39,074 nucleotides of DNA, taken from assembly GCA_964585535.1 (NCBI GenBank), contig CAZPDW010000001.1:1-39074 (forward strand). Direction: 5' to 3'. How positions within the stretch are numbered: position 1 is the stretch's first letter; the number at the start of each line of letters is the position of its first letter. Of this stretch, positions 15,089 to 24,388 are shown piece after piece. This DNA comes from an uncultured Pirellulales bacterium (GTDB taxonomy: Bacteria; Planctomycetota; Phycisphaerae; Sedimentisphaerales; Anaerobacaceae). The position numbers were made by a program, and so were the translations under genes. The notes under the pieces are model-generated. The model worked only from the letters and a program-made list of their open reading frames with translations. It was not told where the DNA came from and ran no database searches.

Positions 15089-17035
15089 ATGCCTGAACCG
15101 GATACAGACACTCAGATAGATGAGCGGAAGCAGCAGCCGGGGTTCTCAGTTCCTCCGAGCGTGCTGCTGAGGTTTCGCAAGCCGCTGATTATTCTCGCGC
15201 ATATCGTGGTTTTTGCAGTCTCACTGATGTTCTCGTTTCTTCTTGCATCCAACATGCAGTTCAGGTCGAAGTGGCTCGTTCAACAGTATCCGACTCTGCT
15301 GGTGTTCTTTATTGCCATCAAGCTTGTCGTGTTCGGATTGTTCAGGCAATACCGCGGGTGGTGGCGTTACGTGGGCATTTCCGACCTTCTCGGAATACTG
15401 CGTGCCTCGCTGGTGAGCACATTGATAATCGTGGCCCTGTGGTGGGCGGCTGTGTTGCAGGTTGACCCGATTCGCAGAATGCTCAGGAATATATCCGAGG
15501 TCAGCCAGGGCGTTTTTATGGCCGATATGTTCGGAACGGTCCTGCTGCTGGCGGGCGTGCGAATGGTTATAAGATTATACTACGAGGAGTTTCGCACCGT
15601 CGAAACCGGGCGGCTCAAACGGTTCCTGATTGTCGGGGCGGGCAATACGGGCGAATCGCTGCTGAGAGAAATTCATCGAATGCGAGTCGTCGAGTACGAC
15701 GTCATCGGATTCATCGACGACGACCCGGCAAAGCAGCATACCAGCATTCATGACATACCCGTCCTCGGGACGGTGGAACGGCTTGGGGAAATCTGCGAAG
15801 AGAACAATATCGAAGAGGTGGCAATAGCCATGCCATCGGCGACGCATTCTCAGCGCAGGCGGGTTATTCAGCTCTGTGAGGGAACGAAGGTCCACTTCAG
15901 GACGGTGCCTTCGATGACCGATATCGCCTCGGGCAGGTTCCGCGTCTCGCAGATTCGCGATATCGATATCAACGACCTGCTCGGCAGAGAAGCCGTCAGG
16001 CTCGAGCCCGGTTCGATAGAGGCCTTTACCAGAAACAAAACGGTTCTGGTCACCGGTGCGGGCGGCTCCATCGGCTCGGAAATGTGCAGGCAGATTTGTA
16101 ACTTCAAGCCGAAACTGCTGCTGCTGATTGAACAGGCGGAAAATCCTCTGTTCTACATCGAGCGGGAATTGAACAATACATTCGGTGACGTTGCGATACA
16201 GGCCGTGATATGCGACATTACCGACCGGATACGCGTTGAAGGCATCTTCCGGTATTACAGGCTCGATGTCGTCATCCACGCAGCGGCCCACAAGCACGTA
16301 CCGCTGATGGAGCTGAACCCGGGTGAAGCCATCAAGAACAACGTGGTGGGGACGCGGACGGTTGCCGACGCCGCAGACAAAACCGGTGTGGCGAACTTTG
16401 TGATGATAAGCACGGACAAGGCCGTCAACCCGACCAGTATAATGGGCTCGTCAAAACGAATCGCCGAACTATATATCCAGGACCTGAACAAGACCAGCGG
16501 CACCGATTTTGTGACGGTTCGCTTCGGCAACGTGCTCGGCTCGGAGGGCTCGGTAGTGCCCATCTTTAAAAAGCAAATCGCCCGGGGCGGCCCGGTTACC
16601 ATTACCCATCCCGATATGAAGCGCTACTTTATGACGATACCCGAGGCCAGCCAGCTCGTGCTGCAGGCGGCGAGTATGGGCAGGGGCGGAGAAATCTTCG
16701 TTCTCGATATGGGCGAACCCGTCAAAATCGTTGACCTGGCCCGCGAGCTTATCACGCTCAGCGGTTTCCGCGCCGGCGAAGACATAGAGATGGTTTTCAC
16801 TGGTAAAAGGCCCGGCGAGAAGCTCTTCGAGGAGCTTTCGATAAAGGGCGAGGACATGCAGCCGACGAGACATCCCAAAATCGGAATCTGGACGAATATT
16901 CCGATGGACCGGGACAATTTGCGAAAAGGTATAGACGAGCTGGTTCAAATCGCCCAGACGCAGGACTACGACAGGATTACCGCGAAAATCAAAGAGCTTG
17001 TCCCCGAGTACGTCGGCCCCGGCAACAATTCATAG
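15089..17035 (+). CDS. Membrane-anchored nucleotide-sugar 4,6-dehydratase/epimerase (CapD/WbpM/PglF family polysaccharide biosynthesis protein)
   Basis: N-terminal TM helices. Two Rossmann motifs (FLIVGAGNTGESL and VLVTGAGGSIGSE) and MISTDKAVNPTSIMGSSKR. GAGGA RBS before the ATG. Confidence 0.85.
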   Translation: MPEPDTDTQIDERKQQPGFSVPPSVLLRFRKPLIILAHIVVFAVSLMFSFLLASNMQFRSKWLVQQYPTLLVFFIAIKLVVFGLFRQYRGWWRYVGISDLLGILRASLVSTLIIVALWWAAVLQVDPIRRMLRNISEVSQGVFMADMFGTVLLLAGVRMVIRLYYEEFRTVETGRLKRFLIVGAGNTGESLLREIHRMRVVEYDVIGFIDDDPAKQHTSIHDIPVLGTVERLGEICEENNIEEVAIAMPSATHSQRRRVIQLCEGTKVHFRTVPSMTDIASGRFRVSQIRDIDINDLLGREAVRLEPGSIEAFTRNKTVLVTGAGGSIGSEMCRQICNFKPKLLLLIEQAENPLFYIERELNNTFGDVAIQAVICDITDRIRVEGIFRYYRLDVVIHAAAHKHVPLMELNPGEAIKNNVVGTRTVADAADKTGVANFVMISTDKAVNPTSIMGSSKRIAELYIQDLNKTSGTDFVTVRFGNVLGSEGSVVPIFKKQIARGGPVTITHPDMKRYFMTIPEASQLVLQAASMGRGGEIFVLDMGEPVKIVDLARELITLSGFRAGEDIEMVFTGKRPGEKLFEELSIKGEDMQPTRHPKIGIWTNIPMDRDNLRKGIDELVQIAQTQDYDRITAKIKELVPEYVGPGNNS

Positions 17036-17378
17036 GCAAATCAGCGAAAAGCAAGGTTCACTCTGCCGACAGCCGGCCGCAATTCGCCGCCTTATTTCCT
17101 TTCGCCAATTTTCCACAATAACCTTTGCCTCCTTCACTGAATAAAACAATTCGCGCTCCAAAACCTCCCCGAAGGGGCCGAGACGTGTTTATATTGGTAC
17201 TGATGGCGTTAATTTCTTTACAGCAGGCAAGCACGTGGAAAAGGTACCGGCGGCAGCTGCGGAAACAGGCCGCATAGCCCTGCCGGAAAATCTGGCTACA
17301 CCCTGTAAGGGACGCCGGCAAATATTTTATTGCCTGTTTGGCCCTTCTTCAGCTAAAATCTTGTGTTTAGGGTCTTTG

Positions 17379-18227
17379 ATGGATAATCCAATGCAAATAG
17401 CGATGCTGCAGGACAAAATAGTCGCCCTCGACGAGCTTGAAGCCGTTTATCTGGACAGGGGGATGTTCTTCGGGGACGGTGTTTACGAGGTTTTGCGCAG
17501 CTACGACGGAAAAATCTTTGCGTTGGAGGAGCACTTAGCCAGATTCAAAAGAGGCCTAGCGGAGCTTCAGATAGGCGGTATCGAACCGGACGAGGTGCGT
17601 CGGCGGGTGCAGAAGGCCTTTGCGACGGCGGGGATTGCGAATGCGAGGATATATTTTCATCTCACTCGCGGCTCGGCAATCAGGAACCACCTATGGGACG
17701 ATGAAATAAAGCCGAACTTTTTCCTGATGGTGACGAAGTTGCGAGAAGACAGGCAGGAAAAGACAAACGGCATCGCGGTATCGACTTACCCGGATTTGCG
17801 CTGGAAGCGGTGCGATATAAAGTCGCTTAACCTGCTGGCGAATGTTCTCGCCCGCAAGGACGCGTCCAGGAAGGGATGCGGCGAAGCAATCCTGTTGAAC
17901 GAGCAGGGTTTTATAACAGAGGGGGCTGCCTCGGCATTTTTTGCAATAGCCGGCGGGGGGATTCAGACGGCGTCGTTGGCGGCAAACATTCTGCCTTCTA
18001 TTACGCGAAAATTTGTTTTCGAAGCAGCCGGGAAGGTGGGACTGGAATTAGTGGAAAAGCCGTTGACGCCCCGCCAGGCAATTGGTGCCGATGAGCTTTT
18101 CATCGCGGTCACCACTAAGGATATTGTTCCGGTAGTGCGATTCGACGACAATGTTGTAGGCGATGGCAGGCCGGGTCGATATACCAAGCTGCTGATGGAG
18201 CAGTTCCGCACTTTCACGCTTTATTGA
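17379..18227 (+). CDS. dat: Class IV (fold type IV) aminotransferase, most like D-amino-acid transaminase
   Basis: ORF 17235-18227, with the start moved to ATG 17379 (MDNPMQ..). Motifs FGDGVYEV, EHLARFKRG, the PLP Lys in CDIKSLNLLANVLA, and GCGEAILL. Confidence 0.7.
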   Translation: MDNPMQIAMLQDKIVALDELEAVYLDRGMFFGDGVYEVLRSYDGKIFALEEHLARFKRGLAELQIGGIEPDEVRRRVQKAFATAGIANARIYFHLTRGSAIRNHLWDDEIKPNFFLMVTKLREDRQEKTNGIAVSTYPDLRWKRCDIKSLNLLANVLARKDASRKGCGEAILLNEQGFITEGAASAFFAIAGGGIQTASLAANILPSITRKFVFEAAGKVGLELVEKPLTPRQAIGADELFIAVTTKDIVPVVRFDDNVVGDGRPGRYTKLLMEQFRTFTLY

Positions 18228-18243
18228 ATTAAGCGAAGGGCCT

Positions 18244-18456
18244 TTGAAGCTGCCATCAAACTGGGATAAATTGGTAAATCAGATTGAGAAACCCGCTCGA
18301 CTGAACGGCGTGAAAAAGAGTATCAATAGAGGAGCACCTTTGGGAGAAGGCAATTGGAAAATGAAGACGGCTTTGAGGATGAATTTAGAATCGACCTTGC
18401 AACCAGGAGAAAGACCCAAAAAATGTACCCCCTATGGCGCAGCCGGGCACCTTTAA
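18244..18456 (+). pseudogene. C-terminal remnant of a Planctomycete/Verrucomicrobia-type Y1 (IS200-like/REP-associated-like) putative transposase
   Basis: The translation LPSNWDKLVNQ..KKSINRGAPLGEGNWKMKTALRMNLESTLQPGERPKK follows the tail pattern I recall for that family (..W...VN......L..S..RG.P.G...W....A..LGLE.TLRPRGRPKK). The catalytic N-terminal domain is absent, and the fragment starts 17 nt after the preceding gene. Confidence 0.5.
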
Positions 18457-18507
18457 TTCCCTGGGATTGAGGAAATATTAATAGAGCCAGTAAGAATATG
18501 CAAGAAT

Positions 18508-18777
18508 ATGATCGTTCACGGTTACCTTTTTATCGGTATAGCTGGGATATGTTTATTGGTACTGACGATAATTGTTTGTATTTTTGGAGATACTGGCTCA
18601 ATTAGTACAGACCCGACAGACCCAGGTGTGTTAAATGGCACCTTGAATTATATGGAAAAAGGAGCATTTGCGAAGTACTACATAGTTTATAAGAGCATTC
18701 TTGGGATTGGTTTTGTTAGTGGAATTCTGGGCATAATACTCTATTTGCTCTTAAAGAAGAGGCCCCCTGCTTCGTAA
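18508..18777 (+). CDS. Small hypothetical membrane protein (89 aa, two predicted TM helices) in AT-rich DNA
   Basis: Hydrophobic stretches IVHGYLFIGIAGICLLVLTIIVCIF and ILGIGFVSGILGIILYLLL. The local sequence is visibly AT-richer than its surroundings. I recognise no family. Confidence 0.45.
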   Translation: MIVHGYLFIGIAGICLLVLTIIVCIFGDTGSISTDPTDPGVLNGTLNYMEKGAFAKYYIVYKSILGIGFVSGILGIILYLLLKKRPPAS

Positions 18778-18951
18778 AGCTGTATAAGCCATATGGCTAT
18801 TTGATAAAGCAAATAGCGGTTTCCACACGCAAAATACGAAGCATAAATGTGTCCTGTATTAGTCCAGCGATCTTAGAGGCCCAGGAGTGAGCTGGTCCAG
18901 CGAATTTGGGTTGGTTCATTTTGCCGAGTTGTTAGTAAAAGGATGCGGAAG

Positions 18952-18978
18952 TCGCAGGTTGAAATGACCTGCGATTTT
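18952..18978 (+). terminator. Intrinsic-terminator-like hairpin
   Basis: TCGCAGGT (18952-18959), a 7-nt loop, ACCTGCGA (18967-18974), then TTTT (18975-18978). Confidence 0.35.
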
Positions 18979-18986
18979 GTTCTTAA

Positions 18987-19349
18987 AACGATACGCTCTT
19001 TGAAAAATTCATAAACCGGCTCATGCGTGCGGTAACCGATGCCGATTCGGCCAGCGCAACGAACCCTGTCGATGTCGTTGATTACACTTACAACGACAAC
19101 GGTATCCGTGTCGAGAAGTATACCTTCAAGGTCGCTCAAAATTACCTCGACACCGTCGATGAGCAGACATACGCCACCAATTCCAGGACCGTAGCGTACG
19201 TCATCGACGGGCATGATGGAATTTTGCGTGACCGATTTGGTTTTTTTAGATACTGCTCCCCCTTTGGTGGGGATAAATTAACGCAGATTAACAGTGTTCG
19301 TTCAGATTTTGGATTCCCGCTCCCCTGGGGATACATTTCGCGGGAATGA
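18987..19349 (+). pseudogene. Fragment of a YD/RHS-repeat protein
   Basis: The open frame from 18987 reads ..FINRLMRAVTDADSASATNPVDVVDYTYNDNGIRVEKYTF...RTVAYVIDGHDG.., a typical YD-repeat unit (NRL..VTD....Y.YD.NG.R). It has no N-terminus and no Rhs core or toxin end. Confidence 0.55.
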
Positions 19350-19413
19350 CAAATTATGCTACGTTCTTATCCTAAAAACGGTCAGTTTGAGAAGGTTAAT
19401 TACCTTACGGCAT

Positions 19414-20916
19414 CTATAGCTCCCAACCTTGTCGATAATTCGGCTTTATAAGCTCGTTAGCGGCCTGGCTGTTGGTTTTCATATTCACAGGGTCCCATTT
19501 GAGTTTCTTTTTCGTTCGCATGGCCATAACGCCAAGACAAAGGGTCTCCGTAACAGGCCCAGCCACTTCGAAGTTGGCCCTGGCGGGCTTTGCGCCTTTG
19601 CAGGCATTGACCCAGTCTTTGGTATGTCCACCGGACCGCTCGATTGTTTGAGGGGGCCTGGTATATGTATTGTTCCTTGCCTTTGGAATCAACCGAGGTT
19701 TCCTGCCGTGGAATGCGGCAAGGATTTTGCCCTTGTCTCCCACAAACAGGATTCCTTCCTCGGGCATATCTTCGCCGTCCTCGTCTAATTCCAGCGGTTT
19801 GGCCGGTCGCATCCCACCATCATACCAGAACAACTCAACCGGCGGCATTGACGCCCTGGCGCCGAATGTGAAATGCGCGGTCATTGCCCTGGGGTGTGCA
19901 ATCTTGTTGTACACCCGTGTCGGTATTTCATCGATGACATCGCAAAAGAAACTGCCGCTGGCTTCAATAGTTTCGGGGGGACCGAGTTTCAAAGCTCGAT
20001 AGATTACATCTATGGAATAACAGCCCATGTCACCTATGGCTCCGGTGCCGAAGTCATACCAGGCCCTCCAGACGGTATGCGTATATTTGTAGCTGAAAGG
20101 TCTGTATTTTGCAGGGCCAAGCCACAGGTCCCAATCGAAACCGTCGGGAATCAGCTCGGCTTCGGGCAGTTTTTTTATGCCGGAGGGCCAGACCGGCCTG
20201 TTCGACCAGTTATGTACCCGGCGAACAGGGCCAATGGCGCCGCTTGCGACCATCTCACAAAGCAGGTCGGTATCCTTAGAAGATGACGGGCCTGTAGCAA
20301 CTTGTGTGGCAACGCCTGTTTGTTTTGCCGTCTCTGCAAGAAGTCTGGCTTCATAGACGGAATTTGTCATCGGTTTCTGGCAGAATACATGTTTGCCCAT
20401 TTTCATAGCCCTGGCGGCTATTTGTGCATGTTGGTGGTCGGTAGAGCCGATTATCACGGCATCGAGGTCCTTCTCTTTTTCGAGGCATTGCCTGAAATCG
20501 GCATAGGCGGAGCAGCCCTTATAATTCATATCCTTTTGCTTGCCGTACCAGGCATTCACGATTTGCTTAGCAGGTTCACGGCCCGCCCTGCAGCCTTCAA
20601 CGCCTTCGTCCCATCCGGGTTCGTCAATGGCCTTGCGAATCATATTTCGAAGGCCGTACGGCTTCCAGGTCAGATAACGGTTATCGTCCTTCACCGGGTC
20701 GCATACCGTGGTGATTTGCAGCTCGGGTTCTTTTAGCATACCGAGCATAACGCGTGTCCCCTGGGTACCGGTTCCAATACAGGCACAGTTGATTTTATCA
20801 CTCGGTGCTACGAATTTGGCCCCGCCCATTACGTGACGAGGGACAATAGTAAAAGCTGCTGCTGCGGCCGCCGCCCCCAGAAAATCACGTCTGTTCATTT
20901 TATTTTCATCCGACAT
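19414..20916 (-). CDS. Tat-exported Gfo/Idh/MocA family oxidoreductase
   Basis: The start is set at ATG 20916 (AAGGAG 8 nt upstream). Twin-arginine signal MNRRDFLGAAAAAAAF, Rossmann motif INCACIGTGTQG and VFCQKP (an EKP-like motif). Confidence 0.85.
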   Translation of the reverse strand: MSDENKMNRRDFLGAAAAAAAFTIVPRHVMGGAKFVAPSDKINCACIGTGTQGTRVMLGMLKEPELQITTVCDPVKDDNRYLTWKPYGLRNMIRKAIDEPGWDEGVEGCRAGREPAKQIVNAWYGKQKDMNYKGCSAYADFRQCLEKEKDLDAVIIGSTDHQHAQIAARAMKMGKHVFCQKPMTNSVYEARLLAETAKQTGVATQVATGPSSSKDTDLLCEMVASGAIGPVRRVHNWSNRPVWPSGIKKLPEAELIPDGFDWDLWLGPAKYRPFSYKYTHTVWRAWYDFGTGAIGDMGCYSIDVIYRALKLGPPETIEASGSFFCDVIDEIPTRVYNKIAHPRAMTAHFTFGARASMPPVELFWYDGGMRPAKPLELDEDGEDMPEEGILFVGDKGKILAAFHGRKPRLIPKARNNTYTRPPQTIERSGGHTKDWVNACKGAKPARANFEVAGPVTETLCLGVMAMRTKKKLKWDPVNMKTNSQAANELIKPNYRQGWEL

Positions 20917-21102
20917 AACAGAAGCTCCTTGTAGTTCTAAACGCCAATTTTCCATTCATACCTACCCGGCTACGTTGCCCGGGCCTTATTTTTTCATCTA
21001 TTACTCACCAAATCCGCCTTTATCAGATACGCGCTGAGACGTTTTTGGATTTCCACTGCCCGCTAAGCTTCGCGTCAATGTCAATAGTATCCTGTAACAC
21101 TT

Positions 21103-22461
21103 TTAATAACCGAGTTCGGTTTGAGTTTCGGCGATTGATTCTTCGATTATGTCCATTGCCCTGGCGGCGATGTCGTCGGGCATAACCACCGGCGGACTCA
21201 TACGCAGGATGTGCCCGGCGGGTATCCAGGCAAGTCCTTTCGTAAAGGCCTTTTGATAGACCATTTTGCCGGCCTCGTCAAACGGCTCTTTGGTATTTTT
21301 GTCTTTTACTAACTCGACTCCCATAAGACAGCCCTTACAGCGGGTGTCTCCGACAATAGAGTATTTTTTGGGCCAGTCGGCCATACGTTTGGTGAAGTAT
21401 TCGCCGAGTTCGGCGGCGCGGGCGAGCAGGCCTTCGGTTTCTATTGTCTCGATGCACGCCAGGGCGGCTGCGCAGGCCATCGGGTTGCCGCCGTAGCTTG
21501 TCGAGGCGCTGATTTTATCGACCGCCTCGGCATACTGTTTCTTTACCACCATTGCGGTTACGGGAAAGCCGTTGCCAAGGCCCTTGCCCAGTGTCACGAC
21601 GTCCGGCACGACATTGAAGTGCTCGATACAGAGGTATTTTCCGGTTCTTGCCATACCGGTGAGGACCTCGTCGGCGACTAACAGGATGCCGCGTTCGTCG
21701 CAGAAGGTGCGCAGCTTGCCGAAGAAATCGTCCGGCGGCATAATCGTACCTCCCCAGCCCTGGATGGGTTCGAGTACAAAGGCGGCAATTTGGCCGGTGG
21801 TGCTTTCTTTGATGAACGTATCGTAAAACTCGAGATACCGCTCGGTATCCAGCGAGCCGTCGGCTCTTGTCCACCAGGGGCGGTATGTATCTGGGCGGGG
21901 CACCATATAGAAGCCGGGCGCCCGCGTCGGGCCGTAGAACGGGTTCATTCGAGCAAGCGAGACCGCGTGGCCGGTCTTGCCGTGAAAGTCCATAAAGCAG
22001 GAGATAAACTCGTGTTTTCCCGTGGCCGCCCGGCAGGTGCGAAGGGCGGCCTCGACGGCGGTCGTGCCGGAATCGTATAACTGGACGCCGGCGAAGCCGT
22101 CGGGCAGAACGTCGAGCAGCTTTTCCAACAGTTCGACCTTGACCGGGGTTATGAAGTCGTGGGCGTTCATCAGGCGATTGGCCCATTTAGCGACCGCCTC
22201 GCTGACCTTCGGGTGGCAGTGGCCGAGCGTCGTAACATATATGCCGCTGGAAAAATCGATGTACCTGTTGCCGTCAACGTCGGTGAGCGTACAGCCCTTT
22301 CCCTCGCTGAAGACGACCGGAAAGAGGCGGACCTGGCCCGACAGTCCCTTCATTATTCTGGCTGCCCTTTCGTGCAGCGCGTTGCTTTTGGGGCCGGGCG
22401 GCGTGACTTTGACATCCGGCCACTGATTCAAATCGATGCTGTACGCAACAGGATCATACAT
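21103..22461 (-). CDS. Class III (fold type I) PLP aminotransferase, GabT-like
   Basis: Motifs PPGPKSNAL, DFSSGIYVTTLGHCHP and DEVLTGMARTG, with the PLP Lys in DVVTLGKGLGNGFP. The start is ATG 22461 or ATG 22482. The ORF-track start at 22599 lies upstream of the predicted TSS. Confidence 0.85.
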   Translation of the reverse strand: MYDPVAYSIDLNQWPDVKVTPPGPKSNALHERAARIMKGLSGQVRLFPVVFSEGKGCTLTDVDGNRYIDFSSGIYVTTLGHCHPKVSEAVAKWANRLMNAHDFITPVKVELLEKLLDVLPDGFAGVQLYDSGTTAVEAALRTCRAATGKHEFISCFMDFHGKTGHAVSLARMNPFYGPTRAPGFYMVPRPDTYRPWWTRADGSLDTERYLEFYDTFIKESTTGQIAAFVLEPIQGWGGTIMPPDDFFGKLRTFCDERGILLVADEVLTGMARTGKYLCIEHFNVVPDVVTLGKGLGNGFPVTAMVVKKQYAEAVDKISASTSYGGNPMACAAALACIETIETEGLLARAAELGEYFTKRMADWPKKYSIVGDTRCKGCLMGVELVKDKNTKEPFDEAGKMVYQKAFTKGLAWIPAGHILRMSPPVVMPDDIAARAMDIIEESIAETQTELGY

Positions 22462-22602
22462 TTTTGCACCTTTCACTGCCATGCCATCTGCGGTGTATAT
22501 ATCGTTCACCAAACATGCTCTTATTGGAATCGCTTTACCGGCCCGGGTGTTTGCACTTCTGCAATTTTGGGAATTTTTCCCGGAAAAACGACCTTGCAAT
22601 CA

Positions 22603-22650
22603 ATTATACCGAATGTTAAATTGTGTTCAAGTGTGTTTTTTAATAACATT
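22603..22650 (-). promoter_or_regulatory. 48-bp promoter/operator module, copy 1 (reads toward the aminotransferase gene)
   Basis: The minus strand reads AATGTTATTAAAAAACACACTTGAACACAATTTAACATTCGGTATAAT. It contains TTGAAC-N16-TATAAT. An upstream A-tract and inverted arms AATGTTA / TAACATT bracket the -35. It is 43/48 identical to 32698-32745. Confidence 0.65.
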
Positions 22651-22708
22651 CAATTTTGACCGGCTGCAGGGGCTGCCAAGCGAAGCATATTAAGGCAGGA
22701 GACAATAA

Positions 22709-23491
22709 GTGGCTCAAAAGAGCGGAAAGATAAGTCAGCCGCGACGGCTCGAGGCAATCAGGCGAAAGCTGCTCGAAGACGATGAGGTCTCGATAGAGGT
22801 CCTTGCCGGCGAGTTCGGTGTCAGCGGTATGACCATACGCAGGGACCTGGACGTGTTAGAGTACCAGGGCGACATAATCCGGACGCACGGCGGGGCGGCG
22901 GCGGCAAAACGGCTTACCTTCGAGTTTTCGTTCCGCGACAGGCAGAACAGGAACATCGAGCAAAAGAGGCGGATAGCCCGGCTGGCGGTAAAATACGTCA
23001 GGCCCGGCGAAGTGATTATGCTCGATACGGGCACGACGACGCTGGCAATCGCCCGGCGGCTCAGCGACAAAGAAAAGATAACGGTAATCACGACCTCACT
23101 GGCGATTGTCTCGGAGCTTCAGTTTGCCGCCGGCGTAGAGACCATTCTTTTAGGCGGTTTTCTGAGAAAGGCATCGCCCGATTTGCACGGGCCTCTTACC
23201 GAGCAGAACGTCGAGCTCTTCCGCACCGATGTTGCTTTCATGGGCGCCGACGCCGTTGACAGTATCGGCAATACCTATACCGACGACCTGCGCGTCGCAA
23301 ACCTTGATAAAAAAATGGCTGCAAATGCAAAAAAGGTAATTGTTGTCGCCGACAGCAGCAAATTCGGCAGGGCCGCAATGTGCAGGGTGTTAGGCCCGGG
23401 CGATTACGATATGCTCATAACCGATTCGGCTGTTGACAAGAAAATCGCCGCAACCCTGGCGAAACGTAAAATCAAGATAGAACCGGCATAA
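22709..23491 (+). CDS. DeoR family transcriptional regulator
   Basis: GTG start with AGGAG 7 nt upstream. wHTH VSIEVLAGEFGVSGMTIRRDLDVLE, and a C-terminal DeoR sensor domain (MLDTGTTTLAIA, VITTSL, AFMGADAV). Confidence 0.9.
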   Translation: MAQKSGKISQPRRLEAIRRKLLEDDEVSIEVLAGEFGVSGMTIRRDLDVLEYQGDIIRTHGGAAAAKRLTFEFSFRDRQNRNIEQKRRIARLAVKYVRPGEVIMLDTGTTTLAIARRLSDKEKITVITTSLAIVSELQFAAGVETILLGGFLRKASPDLHGPLTEQNVELFRTDVAFMGADAVDSIGNTYTDDLRVANLDKKMAANAKKVIVVADSSKFGRAAMCRVLGPGDYDMLITDSAVDKKIAATLAKRKIKIEPA

Positions 23492-23511
23492 AACAAGTAA
23501 GGAGATTCACA

Positions 23512-24321
23512 GTGGAAGAACGCAATTTGTTTTTATCGCGATTTTTCAGCACGGGCCCCGCGATTGTGGTGGCCTTCGACCACGGTATGTTCGACGGGCC
23601 TATCGCAGGTGTTGACAAAATCAGGGAAATTCCGGACAAGATTCTGCCGGAAATAGACGGTGTTTTGATGTCGCCTGGTGCGCTGCGGGACATCGGGCCT
23701 GACCTGTGCGGCCATCGCGGTAGTCCGATGCCGATTGTAAGGATAAACTGGTCGAGCATTTACTGCTTCCAGTGGGACTACCATAGTGGTGACACGGTTC
23801 GTATATACACACCGGCTGAGGCACTCAAATCGGGGGCACAGATGGTTCTTATCTCACTGTCACTGCATACGGGCGACCAGCAGCGTGACAGTAAGAATAT
23901 CGAAGTATTTTCAAGACTGTGCAACGAGGCACATGAGTTAGGGCTTCCGGTGATAGGGGAGTATTTTCCCGTTGACGAAAATATAAGCGAAGACGCCCTG
24001 TACGAGGAGATAAAGATTGGCGCCCGGATACTCTACGAGCTTGGGGCCGATGCGATAAAGACCTTTTATACGAAGGACTTCGAGCAGGTTGTGGCGGGCT
24101 GTCCGACGCCGATACTGGCCCTGGGAGGCCAGCGGCGGGGCAGCGACCTCGACGCTCTCAAACTCGCCCGCCGGCAAATCGATGCCGGGGCGGCGGGTAT
24201 CGTCTTCGGCAGGTATGTGATACAATCTGAAAGGCCCATAGAGCTGCAAAAGGCGCTGCTCGACGTGGTCAAAGGGGGCGTCGGCGGCGAGCAGGCGGCG
24301 GCCAAATACGGGCTGGATTGA
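23512..24321 (+). CDS. Class I aldolase of the DhnA/FbaB/LsrF (DeoC/LacD-like) family
   Basis: GTG start preceded by AGGAG. Motifs IVVAFDHGMFDGP and GADAIKTFYT (candidate Schiff-base Lys), with a TIM-barrel-like periodicity. Confidence 0.7.
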   Translation: MEERNLFLSRFFSTGPAIVVAFDHGMFDGPIAGVDKIREIPDKILPEIDGVLMSPGALRDIGPDLCGHRGSPMPIVRINWSSIYCFQWDYHSGDTVRIYTPAEALKSGAQMVLISLSLHTGDQQRDSKNIEVFSRLCNEAHELGLPVIGEYFPVDENISEDALYEEIKIGARILYELGADAIKTFYTKDFEQVVAGCPTPILALGGQRRGSDLDALKLARRQIDAGAAGIVFGRYVIQSERPIELQKALLDVVKGGVGGEQAAAKYGLD

Positions 24322-24388
24322 GCAGCCGGTTATAACGGATGCCCGCCGCGGGCGAATATAAATCGTCAATTGGAGATAGATATTTTAG

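Noticed and set aside
17036-17378. 343-bp spacer upstream of the class IV aminotransferase as a possible riboswitch or 6S-like RNA; also ORF 17058-17321 (-)
   Set aside because: I could not match any riboswitch, 6S, SRP, RNase P or tmRNA consensus by eye. Only weak hairpins are present (CCCC-GAA-GGGG, GGCAA..TTGCC). The minus-strand ORF is Cys/Arg-rich and unconvincing.
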